A stretch of 34,995 bases of DNA from Cytophagales bacterium. Its GTDB lineage: Bacteria > Bacteroidota > Bacteroidia > Cytophagales > Cyclobacteriaceae. The notes below the pieces were generated by a model, which saw only the letters and a program-made list of their open reading frames with translations, made no database searches and had not been told where the DNA came from. The translations under genes and the position numbers were made by a program. Shown here piece after piece: positions 26,762-34,995 of this stretch. Location of the stretch: positions 1 to 34,995 of the forward strand of contig JBBRFP010000001.1 of the NCBI GenBank assembly GCA_038241465.1, read 5' to 3'. The first letter of the stretch is position 1, and every line of letters begins with the position of its first letter.

Positions 26762-27670
26762 GTGGGTATAGATGACATCACGCTCAATTTCGATCAGAGC
26801 AATCTCTGGGCACTGAACCTGTGTCTTGCGTTGATCATGTTTGGGATCTCGCTTGATCTGAAAGTTGAACACTTCAAACGCGTTATTGAATCTCCCAAGT
26901 CAGCCTTGGTAGGGCTTATAGCGCAGTTCATTCTTCTTCCTTTCGTGACATGGTTAATGGTCGTGATGGTTCAACCTCAACCCAGTATAGCGCTCGGGAT
27001 GATCTTAATGGCAGCTTGTCCCGGAGGGGGCGTCGCTAATTTTCTTACTCATCTTTCAAAGGGAAATACTGCATTGTCTGTAAGCTTAACGGCCATCGGA
27101 ACTTTCCTGGCGATTGTCATGACGCCTTTCAATCTTGCATTGTGGGGAAGCCTGTATGAGCCGACATCAGTTCTATTGAAGGAGATTCATCTTGACGCCT
27201 TCGATCTTTTCAGATCAATCTTATTGTTAGCGGGACTACCCCTTTCAATCGGAATGCTCTTCGCTCATTACTTCCCAACAGCAGCAAGTAAAATCGTTAA
27301 GGCTGTAAAACCGTTGTCGATCATCATTTTTGTTGCGTTCATTGTCATGGCTTTTTCTAATAATATTGATCACTTCATGACCTACATTCACACAGTTGTG
27401 TTCATTGTTTTCATTCATAATATTGTTGCCTTGCTTACCGGATACCTGACTGCAAAAACATTCAGACTTCCGCTGGCAGATCAAAAATCCATTGCCATTG
27501 AAACGGGTATCCAAAATTCAGGACTCGGGCTCTTCCTCATTTTTAGCTTTTTCGGAGGCCTTGGCGGAATGGCATTTGTTTCTGCATGGTGGGGTATATG
27601 GCATATCGTATCCGGACTAACGATCGCCGCTTATTGGTCGGCTAACGCAAGCGAAACACAACCTGTCTAA
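26762..27670 (+). CDS. Bile acid:sodium symporter (BASS) family transporter
   Basis: Motifs ALIMFGISL, QFILLP, ACPGG..AN..T.L.KGN.ALSV and IETGIQNSGLG; GTG start. Confidence 0.92.
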   Translation: MGIDDITLNFDQSNLWALNLCLALIMFGISLDLKVEHFKRVIESPKSALVGLIAQFILLPFVTWLMVVMVQPQPSIALGMILMAACPGGGVANFLTHLSKGNTALSVSLTAIGTFLAIVMTPFNLALWGSLYEPTSVLLKEIHLDAFDLFRSILLLAGLPLSIGMLFAHYFPTAASKIVKAVKPLSIIIFVAFIVMAFSNNIDHFMTYIHTVVFIVFIHNIVALLTGYLTAKTFRLPLADQKSIAIETGIQNSGLGLFLIFSFFGGLGGMAFVSAWWGIWHIVSGLTIAAYWSANASETQPV

Positions 27671-27671
27671 C

Positions 27672-28691
27672 GTGCAGCGTATTTGGTACTATTTCTTACG
27701 GTTCTATGTCCGCTTTGGTTTATACTTCTATTTTAGAAGAATAATTCTGCGGGGTCAATACAATATTCCTAAGGGTCCAGTGATTTTTGCAGCCAATCAT
27801 CAGAATGCATTTATGGATGCATTGCTGATCGTCTGCTTCACTTCACATTTTACCCATTTTCTGGCCAGAGCTGATATTTTTAAGGAACGTTTTACTCGAT
27901 GGATTCTAGGGACGCTTAACATGATTCCCATTTACAGAATCCGCGATGGAAGACGGACGCTGTCGGAAAACGCAAAAACTTTCGACGCATGTTATCATCT
28001 TTTCGCAAAGAACGAGGCAGTGGTCATTTTTCCTGAAGGAAATCACGGAAGCCAAAGAAGAGTTAGACCTCTCAGTAGGGGCTTCACCAAAATCGTTGCT
28101 GAAGCTCAACTTAGGGATCCCAATTTAAAAATCTCAATAGTCCCCGTCGGGCTGAACTATTCCAGCCATCAGGAATTTAGAAGTAGTGTTAGCATTCACT
28201 TTGGAAAGCCAATCACTACTGGCGACTTTCCTTTTGATGCAAATACGCTTCGTGTTGAGCTGGACTCTCAACTAAAAACACTGACTACTCACATTGACGA
28301 TCTTCATCACATTGATGAGACTTATCAAAAATTAATTGCATCAGGCATTGATTTTTTAGATCCGGAAGATTCCAATAGGAGAATCTCTCAAATTCAGAAG
28401 GGTGAAAAGATAGATAACCAAATAGCTAATAGAAATGGTTCAGCACCATTACAATTGCCGCGTTATATGGCAATCACTATTAATTTTTTCCCACTTCTAC
28501 TTTGGAGAAAGATCAAATCCCGAATTAAAGATCCTGTCTTCATCACGTCATTAAGATTCGGGATAGGTATTTTTGCCTTCCCTGCGTTCTATTTTTTTAT
28601 CGGGGCAATTGCCTGGTTATCTGTCGGAAAAATTACGAGCTTGCTCTGGATGGCTATTTCCTTTCCCTCTATGCTTTTTTATAAAAAATAA
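27672..28691 (+). CDS. 1-acyl-sn-glycerol-3-phosphate acyltransferase (PlsC-like) family protein
   Basis: Motifs ANHQNAFMD (HX4D), IFPEG and IVPVGLNY; C-terminal TM segments. Confidence 0.88.
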   Translation: MQRIWYYFLRFYVRFGLYFYFRRIILRGQYNIPKGPVIFAANHQNAFMDALLIVCFTSHFTHFLARADIFKERFTRWILGTLNMIPIYRIRDGRRTLSENAKTFDACYHLFAKNEAVVIFPEGNHGSQRRVRPLSRGFTKIVAEAQLRDPNLKISIVPVGLNYSSHQEFRSSVSIHFGKPITTGDFPFDANTLRVELDSQLKTLTTHIDDLHHIDETYQKLIASGIDFLDPEDSNRRISQIQKGEKIDNQIANRNGSAPLQLPRYMAITINFFPLLLWRKIKSRIKDPVFITSLRFGIGIFAFPAFYFFIGAIAWLSVGKITSLLWMAISFPSMLFYKK

Positions 28692-28764
28692 TTAACCTCC
28701 TACGTAAATTTTATTCAACGAATCGAAAGGAGTCATTACCTTTCCTTTTTATAACTCACTACTA

Positions 28765-30219
28765 ATGAAAAATCTTCTGTTGAAAATGAGTGCGCTGTCA
28801 CTCAGTCTGGTTATTCTCTCCTCTTGTGAAAAGAAAGAAACATTGAATGATACATTCGTCCGTATTAACAAAGAGGTACTTGAAAACTCACAGGCATATA
28901 CCACTTTGAAAGAAGCAACGTCTACTATCGGGCATCGGTTAACCGGATCGGAAAACGGTCACAAGGCAGAAGAATACACTTATAATAAGTTCAAAGAATA
29001 TGGATTCGATGATGTTGCCTATCAGGAGTTTGAAGTGAAAGCGTGGTCACGCGGAGACATAAGCGTTATCATCGATGGAGTAATCGTGCCAGCGGTTACG
29101 CTTGGTCATTCGCCCGTAAAGGCAGATGTCACAGGCGAAGTGGTTGATATGGGAAATGGGTTGGAAATGGATTATGAAGGAAGAGAAGATGCCGTTAAAG
29201 GTAGGATCGCATTCATTTATATTGGAATACTAGACGGGAGTAAAGAAGGAATTCGCAATCTTCATCGAAGTGAAAAGGCGGCGATTGCAATAAATCATGG
29301 TGCAATAGGGTTAATAGTTTTTAATCAAGTAAAAGATAGTGTACTACTTACCGGCACCGCTTCTGTAACAGGGGAGTTGATCCCTATTCCGGCGGTGTGT
29401 ATCGGCAAGGAAGTTGGCGCAACGATCAAAGAGAAATTAAAGGCAAAAAAAATACAGGCACATATCACAATGACCAACCATAGCGATCTGATCAAAGCTA
29501 GAAATGTCATTGCTACTCAAAAGGGTTCTGAACTTCCAGATGAGAAGATTGTAATAGGTGGTCATCTTGATTCATGGGACCTGGCCACTGGCGCCATTGA
29601 TAATGGCATTGGATCATTCTCTGTACTGGACATGGCACGTGCATTCAAAGCAAATCATCTGAAGCCTAAAAGAACCGTTCAATTTGTGATGTTCATGGGA
29701 GAAGAGCAAGGCTTGCTTGGATCTCATTACATGGTAACGGAAGCCGTGAAAGATGGTTCTATCGAAACCATCAAGGCCATGTTGAATTTCGATATGACTG
29801 GAAATCCTGTGGGCATTAACGCTGGTGGAAAAATTGAAGACACCACGTTCTATAAAACTCTCGGTGCAGAGATTCAGAAGATCGATACCATTTTCAAAAA
29901 CAAACTCACCAATACGTCTGGCCTGCACAGTGATCATCAACCGTTCATGCTGGAGGGCATTCCGATCGTGTCAATGCACAGCAATCTGGACCGTTCCATT
30001 TATGGCTGCTATCATTCGGACTGTGATGACTTCAATCTTGTAAACGAGGAGCATCTTCGAACAACTGCACGATTCGGCACCATGTTACTTTACGGAATCG
30101 CTAATGCCGATAAGCTTCCCTCAACCAAAATGGATAGCGAAACAACAAAACAATTCATGATCGACAACAATTTAAAAGAACCGTTGATCCTTGCCGGAGA
30201 TTGGAAATGGGAGAAATAG
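28765..30219 (+). CDS. M28-family metallopeptidase lipoprotein (carboxypeptidase Q-like, with PA domain)
   Basis: Lipobox LSS-C; motifs GHRLTGS, GGHLDSWD, GAIDNG, GEEQGLLGS, SDHQPF and YHS..D. Confidence 0.92.
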   Translation: MKNLLLKMSALSLSLVILSSCEKKETLNDTFVRINKEVLENSQAYTTLKEATSTIGHRLTGSENGHKAEEYTYNKFKEYGFDDVAYQEFEVKAWSRGDISVIIDGVIVPAVTLGHSPVKADVTGEVVDMGNGLEMDYEGREDAVKGRIAFIYIGILDGSKEGIRNLHRSEKAAIAINHGAIGLIVFNQVKDSVLLTGTASVTGELIPIPAVCIGKEVGATIKEKLKAKKIQAHITMTNHSDLIKARNVIATQKGSELPDEKIVIGGHLDSWDLATGAIDNGIGSFSVLDMARAFKANHLKPKRTVQFVMFMGEEQGLLGSHYMVTEAVKDGSIETIKAMLNFDMTGNPVGINAGGKIEDTTFYKTLGAEIQKIDTIFKNKLTNTSGLHSDHQPFMLEGIPIVSMHSNLDRSIYGCYHSDCDDFNLVNEEHLRTTARFGTMLLYGIANADKLPSTKMDSETTKQFMIDNNLKEPLILAGDWKWEK

Positions 30220-30262
30220 AAGGTCAAATATTAAAGACGAAAGACCAACGTCAGTAAAAGGG

Positions 30263-30538
30263 TTAATTCAACCCTGACCCTCCTTGCTTACCGTTGTAAC
30301 TTTCAACTTGGGCACGTGTTAAAATTGTACTCAAAGGAAATTTGCTGCAAGAGTCAGTGAAATGTAATACCTGTCTTGATTGCCAACTGGCACAGGCGCC
30401 GATGCCATGTACTTCATAACTGCACAATGCAGATGAAGCTCCGTTCTCTGATTTTTTTATGATCTGGTAGTAAGATGATTGATCGCACTCACCGCAACTG
30501 GCACAAATTATCAGTAATAGGAAAAACAGGTATTTCAT
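30263..30538 (-). CDS. Small cysteine-rich hypothetical lipoprotein (91 aa)
   Basis: MKYLFFLLLIICAS-C signal/lipobox; four further Cys; occupies otherwise empty space. Confidence 0.65.
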   Translation of the reverse strand: MKYLFFLLLIICASCGECDQSSYYQIIKKSENGASSALCSYEVHGIGACASWQSRQVLHFTDSCSKFPLSTILTRAQVESYNGKQGGSGLN

Positions 30539-30667
30539 AAGATTTGAAAGTCCCTATTGATACCACAGAAATCCTCAAACTCGCGCAAAAAGACTGGGGC
30601 AACGCCAAATGGTTAATCCAAACGCTAAACGAACCATTCTGATCGCTCAGTTAATTGGTGCTGTGGG

Positions 30668-32053
30668 TTACCTGTTTGAAAGCTTCTTAATCGCAGCCTG
30701 GAATTTACTGCTGATACTAGAGTAAGCCTGATGAAGCTGATTCTTTACAACCCACTGACCATTGACGAGTGTCCCCAGATTATTGGTGGAGTCTCCGGTG
30801 TAAACCACTGACGTGAGAACATTCTTCAACTGAGTTGACTGCAATAAATAAGAAGTTGAATCCACAATCAAAGCATCGAGCGACTGACCGATCTCAAAAT
30901 GGTCTATCTCATCATAGCCCATTGCTTTTCTGCCACGCGTCACTGACTCGTCAATCATATACTTTGCCCCATCATTCTCAAAGGTATTTCTTTTGTTTGT
31001 CACTAGCCGTTGGCGATAGTCAATCATTCTGAACTCTTCCATCGGATTTAACCCAATATTACTATCGGTACCAATCGACCAATGTCCACCCAGCTTGCAG
31101 AATTCTTTCATTCGGAAAATTCCATCACCAAGATTTCCTTCTGTGGAAGGACACAGAATGACATTGGCGTTAGATGCTGCAAGCTTTGTTAATTCATCAT
31201 CATTCAAATGAGTTGAATGAACAAGATGAAAGCGCTCGTCGACGGGAAGATTTTCAAGAAGCCATTGCATTGGTCGCTTGCCGCAATATGAAAGACAGTC
31301 TTCTACTTCTCTCATTTGTTCGGAAACATGAAGATGAAATGGCAATTCCTTCGGACCCTGTTGGAAAGTTGTAACGATGTCTTTTAGATCTACCGCCCTT
31401 AATGAATGGACACTCAATCCAAGCCTGGAATGTTCGTAGTTTTTAATGACTTTTTTTGATGCTTCCAGCAGTCGGAAGTAATCGCCTGGTGTTTTAGAAA
31501 TAAATCTTCGCTGTCGGTCTTGTGGATCCAAACCAAATCCACCTTTTTGATAGAAGACGGGTACGAGTGTGACTTTTATCCCAGCAGTTTTGGCGGCAGC
31601 AACCATTCGCTCTCCCATCTCGGCAAGATTGGAATACGGTTTACCGGCTTTATCATGATGCAAATAATGAAACTCCGCCACATGTGTGTATCCATGACGA
31701 AGCATTTCAGAATACAGCATCGCAGCGATCGCCTCCGCGTCATCAGGTCCAACCAGAAGGGCACACTTATACATCTCCTCACGCCAGGTCCAGAAGTCGT
31801 CGTCCTTATTTGAGGGATGATTCTCTGCCAATCCTGCCATTGCATATTGGAAAGCATGAGAATGAGCGTTCTGAAATCCCGGAAGTGCATACCCCGCAAT
31901 TGCTTCGATTGCCGAACCAGCTGGATCAGGTTTATCTGACAAATATTGAATTACTCCGTTTTGATCTACCCCTACATACGCTGGGGCAAGCCACTGTTTA
32001 AGCTGAAGTAGTCCTTCGAAACGAAAATAGTGAAGTGGTTTGCTTTCACTCAT
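30668..32053 (-). CDS. hutF: Formimidoylglutamate deiminase
   Basis: Motifs NAHSHAFQYAMAG, DDFWTWRE.MY, VAEFHYLHH, HSLRAV, HVSEQ, CPSTEGNLGDG and IGTDS. Confidence 0.93.
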   Translation of the reverse strand: MSESKPLHYFRFEGLLQLKQWLAPAYVGVDQNGVIQYLSDKPDPAGSAIEAIAGYALPGFQNAHSHAFQYAMAGLAENHPSNKDDDFWTWREEMYKCALLVGPDDAEAIAAMLYSEMLRHGYTHVAEFHYLHHDKAGKPYSNLAEMGERMVAAAKTAGIKVTLVPVFYQKGGFGLDPQDRQRRFISKTPGDYFRLLEASKKVIKNYEHSRLGLSVHSLRAVDLKDIVTTFQQGPKELPFHLHVSEQMREVEDCLSYCGKRPMQWLLENLPVDERFHLVHSTHLNDDELTKLAASNANVILCPSTEGNLGDGIFRMKEFCKLGGHWSIGTDSNIGLNPMEEFRMIDYRQRLVTNKRNTFENDGAKYMIDESVTRGRKAMGYDEIDHFEIGQSLDALIVDSTSYLLQSTQLKNVLTSVVYTGDSTNNLGTLVNGQWVVKNQLHQAYSSISSKFQAAIKKLSNR

Positions 32054-32847
32054 AGCACTTCAATCAAGGCTTGAAAATTATTTTTTAGAAGGCTGCGCAT
32101 CTTTTCAGCACGTGTCTTGTTGTATTTTTTCTCATCGTCATTCATGTAATTGACTTTGGTCATTTCCAGCTGGAGGGCATATTGGTTCTCTTCTGGTTTA
32201 CCAAAATGCCGGGTGATGTAGCCGCCTTTGAATGGATGATTGTGATTTATGGAGTAGCCTCCTGTTTTTAATGTATTAAGCACCGTCTTAATTAACACTG
32301 GTGAGCTGGACGACCCATCAACATCGCCAAGGATAAGATCAGGAAATTTATCTTTTTGAATAGTTGGAACTATTTGCCGAATGGAATGACAATCCCACAG
32401 CAGAACTCTTCCGTGTTTTTCTTTAAGCTCCGTAAGCAATTCATTTATCCTCTGATGATACGGCTCATAGTATAACTTCACTCTTCTTTCAACTTCTTTA
32501 GAAACTATTGATTTCCGTTCATCGAGATAAAGAGGTTCTCCGAGGAAAGTTGTGGTCGGACAAAGCTCTGTGATAATCCGTCCATCCGTATACAACGGCT
32601 TGCTTTTAGGATCACGATTAAGATCAATAATCCAGCGGCTATAATGTGCAGCGATCATAGTGATGCCCATCTCCGTCACAAAATCATATAAGATATCCAC
32701 AAACCAATCCGTATCATCGGGAGCAATCGCACGCTCAGGTTTGAATTGTTCGATCAGTTCATCTGGAAATGCTGTTCCACAATGGGGCACGCTTACTAAA
32801 ATGGGGACTTCAGAATTTTTAGGTGGAATTATTCTCAATGGCTCCAA
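32050..32847 (-). CDS. hutG: N-formylglutamate amidohydrolase
   Basis: Motifs SVPHCGT, DTDWFVD.LY, SRWIIDLNR, YEPYH, WDCHSI, PFKGGYITR and ALQLEM; 4-bp overlap with hutF. Confidence 0.92.
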   Translation of the reverse strand: MEPLRIIPPKNSEVPILVSVPHCGTAFPDELIEQFKPERAIAPDDTDWFVDILYDFVTEMGITMIAAHYSRWIIDLNRDPKSKPLYTDGRIITELCPTTTFLGEPLYLDERKSIVSKEVERRVKLYYEPYHQRINELLTELKEKHGRVLLWDCHSIRQIVPTIQKDKFPDLILGDVDGSSSSPVLIKTVLNTLKTGGYSINHNHPFKGGYITRHFGKPEENQYALQLEMTKVNYMNDDEKKYNKTRAEKMRSLLKNNFQALIEVL

Positions 32848-32927
32848 TTGATTATGATCATTTATCCATGAATCTTGACCTCAATTCTTCCGTGATCTTC
32901 CTCGCATGCTCCGCCTCGGCATTCACA

Positions 32928-34181
32928 TCAGGACTTTTTCTTCTTCTTCTTTTTTGACGTATCCTCTTCCGGTACAACGGTTGTCTCCGTAACAGGCTTC
33001 ACTTCCAAAACCGGTGGTTTAGGTCCTTGTGGTTGCTTTAATGCACCCAATTCTTCCCGCGCGGCGTTCAATTCATTCCTGAGATATTCTTCAGAGCTTG
33101 ATCCGATTCTTGATTTAAGGGCCAATATTCTTGTAAACGCCTCATCTATCCTCTCAGATTTTATTAATCCTCTTTCCACTAAAGATTTTATGATTGCATG
33201 AACTTTCGTAATCGTGCGCTCTTCACTACCCTGTATATTATTCGAAAAGCATAAAAGGTCTACCCCTGCATTGATGGCAAGCCTGATCGCTTCTTCCAAA
33301 CCATATTGCTTTGTAATGGCCTGCATCTGCATGTCGTCTGAGAAAACAACTCCATCAAAATGATATTGCTTGCGCAAAAGACTATCGATCATGCGTTTTG
33401 AAAGGGTCCCCGGATAACCGGCTGGATCAAGCTGCCGATTGACAATGTGTGCGCTCATAATTGCATCTACTGAACCTGCCATCAATAATTTTTGATAGGG
33501 AATTAATTCAGCAGCAGTCCATGATTTGGTAACATCGGCCACGCCGAGATGAGTGTCCTCCAAGGAGCTACCGTGTCCGGGAAAATGTTTCAAAACCGTG
33601 GCCACGCCAAACTTTCTATGCGGCTTAATAAACTCTTCTGCAAAGAGTGCAACCGAATCAGGATTAGATGAAAATGATCTTCCGCTTTTTACAATCACCG
33701 TGTTGGCAGGATTCACGGCGACATCCACTACCGGCGCAAAGTTCAGATTAATACCGAGGCCGGCGAGTGTTGCTGCTGTCGCTTCTGCATAAAACCGAAC
33801 GGAGTCAAGCGTCTTCGCTTTACCCATTTCCTGTGCTGTGATCGATCTAGTAAATCCGTACTTATCTTTTAGACGATTCACCTTTCCGCCTTCCTGATCA
33901 ATCGCTACGATCAGTGGTATTGACGCTGCCTTTTGATAGGTCCAGATAATTTTTTTGAGCGGAGCAAATGAAGAAGTACCCTTTGGAATATTTTTTTCAA
34001 AGATCAGAATGGCACCGACCCTGCCGGCTTTTATTTCTTCAATCAATCCGTTGTCAACTTTTGCCGCTGGAAGGCCTATCATCAACATCTGTCCGATCTT
34101 TACGTCGAGCATGTCTTTGTTCTGTGCCAATAATGATGTGGTTAACAGTAAAAAAATAAAACCACTGCTAATTTTTTTCAT
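32928..34181 (-). CDS. Secreted GH3 beta-N-acetylhexosaminidase (NagZ-like)
   Basis: Motifs IDQEGG.V.RL, NFAPVVD, KHFPGHGSSLEDTH (NagZ D-x-H), MSAH and FSDDMQM; signal peptide. Confidence 0.9.
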   Translation of the reverse strand: MKKISSGFIFLLLTTSLLAQNKDMLDVKIGQMLMIGLPAAKVDNGLIEEIKAGRVGAILIFEKNIPKGTSSFAPLKKIIWTYQKAASIPLIVAIDQEGGKVNRLKDKYGFTRSITAQEMGKAKTLDSVRFYAEATAATLAGLGINLNFAPVVDVAVNPANTVIVKSGRSFSSNPDSVALFAEEFIKPHRKFGVATVLKHFPGHGSSLEDTHLGVADVTKSWTAAELIPYQKLLMAGSVDAIMSAHIVNRQLDPAGYPGTLSKRMIDSLLRKQYHFDGVVFSDDMQMQAITKQYGLEEAIRLAINAGVDLLCFSNNIQGSEERTITKVHAIIKSLVERGLIKSERIDEAFTRILALKSRIGSSSEEYLRNELNAAREELGALKQPQGPKPPVLEVKPVTETTVVPEEDTSKKKKKKKS

Positions 34182-34995
34182 AGATTTTTTTCAAAAGTTC
34201 TTCCATCCTTTTTCTGACATCAGCGGTCGGAGCTGTAAAGTTATTATTCATCCAGCTAAAGATGAATGTTTGTCCCTTCTTCGTCGTGATGTAGCCACTC
34301 AGGATGTGATTATTACTAAGAGTGCCTGTTTTCCCATAGATAAAGGGTTTTTCAGCTTTGTAGTAGTTCTTAATAGTTCCTTTTTGACCTCCAATTGCAA
34401 GTATTTCGAAGAGTCGTTCCCTTGAAATCGTGGAATAAATTTTTTCCCACAACCTAATAACGGAGCGTGGCGTAAACAAATTATACCTCGACAATCCTGA
34501 ACCATCTACCCAGGATGGAGCATCGGGCAGATCAGCCAGCAAGTTCTTCTTCATGTACCGGATGGCTATTTCTGGTTTTAATGAATCACTTAAAGCATTA
34601 GAGCACATCAAAAGTAATTGCTCTGCAATAAAATTATCACTCTCCTGCATCATCGTTTTATAAATGCTATCCGCTCTAACGGAGGAGTGGAGATTGATTG
34701 CATTCGCGGGAAGATTCATGGAGATCAGTTTCACTTCTCTTTTCAACGTATCCATGAGTAACTTTATCAGCAATTGATCGCTGTAGTGAAAAGGAATTTT
34801 CCATTCTGTTGGTCTGTCGGTTTTTCCCGGTGTATAGGAAAGATCATTTGAACTTATTCCGCGCTTCATTTTTGACCGCTCTTCTGTTGATGGCGGATTT
34901 ATAGTGTACACAAAAACATCGGGAGAAGCCGAGACGCTTTTAAATTGCCTTTTTACATGGGAATAATTTCCATAAACAGGAAAGGATGATCGCTC
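34168..34995 (-). CDS. dacB: D-Ala-D-Ala carboxypeptidase/endopeptidase (peptidase S13, PBP4), 5'-truncated by the window end
   Basis: The frame stays open to 34995 (ERSSFPVYGN...); motifs SDN..AE, DGSGLSRYN and KTGTL. Confidence 0.9.
   Translation of the reverse strand, partial: ERSSFPVYGNYSHVKRQFKSVSASPDVFVYTINPPSTEERSKMKRGISSNDLSYTPGKTDRPTEWKIPFHYSDQLLIKLLMDTLKREVKLISMNLPANAINLHSSVRADSIYKTMMQESDNFIAEQLLLMCSNALSDSLKPEIAIRYMKKNLLADLPDAPSWVDGSGLSRYNLFTPRSVIRLWEKIYSTISRERLFEILAIGGQKGTIKNYYKAEKPFIYGKTGTLSNNHILSGYITTKKGQTFIFSWMNNNFTAPTADVRKRMEELLKKIYEKN

Noticed and set aside
32931-32957. A_AAA_AAG slippery heptamer in the GH3 poly-Lys tail (-1 frameshift)
   Set aside because: It is expected by chance in Lys runs, and the -1 frame stops within about 10 codons.
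244-34505. Many 60-156 aa antisense or alternate-frame ORFs in the track
   Set aside because: Nearly all lie within well-supported genes and show no motifs; they are treated as shadow ORFs.
1-34995. CRISPR array, tRNA/rRNA, IS transposase or defence island
   Set aside because: I found no regularly spaced direct repeats, cloverleaf or rRNA signatures, and no transposase, integrase or defence-type ORFs.

Overview
About 35 kb of chromosomal backbone from a Bacteroidota genome, most likely Cytophagales. The assignment rests on TAnnTTTG-type -7 promoter boxes, no obvious Shine-Dalgarno sequences, a TonB-dependent receptor, a MacB-like permease and many lipoproteins. It holds about 29 genes: partial dxs, scpA, amidohydrolase, Hyi-family isomerase, ABC permease, DUF4097-like protein, purine nucleoside phosphorylase, GGT-family enzyme, creatininase, lytic transglycosylase, LOG, GH130, TIGR01777 epimerase, two hypotheticals, a TonB-dependent receptor plus beta-helix lipoprotein pair, MoxR, a DEDDh/GIY-YIG nuclease, a holin-family membrane protein, S9 and M28 peptidases, BASS transporter, PlsC-like acyltransferase, a small Cys-rich lipoprotein, hutG-hutF, GH3 and partial dacB. 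I see no rRNA, tRNA, CRISPR, transposase, integrase or prophage. The best candidate for an under-described system is the non-SusD receptor/lipoprotein locus (15930-20568). Both genes have their own promoter with 11-bp-phased TAACA-like repeats at identical offsets from the -7 box (PhoB/OmpR-like), a terminator separates them, and a possible small transcript lies upstream. Secondary signals are twin ECF-type promoters, four degenerate REP/MITE-like palindromes and small orphan ORFs. All family calls come from motif recognition by eye; no searches were run.
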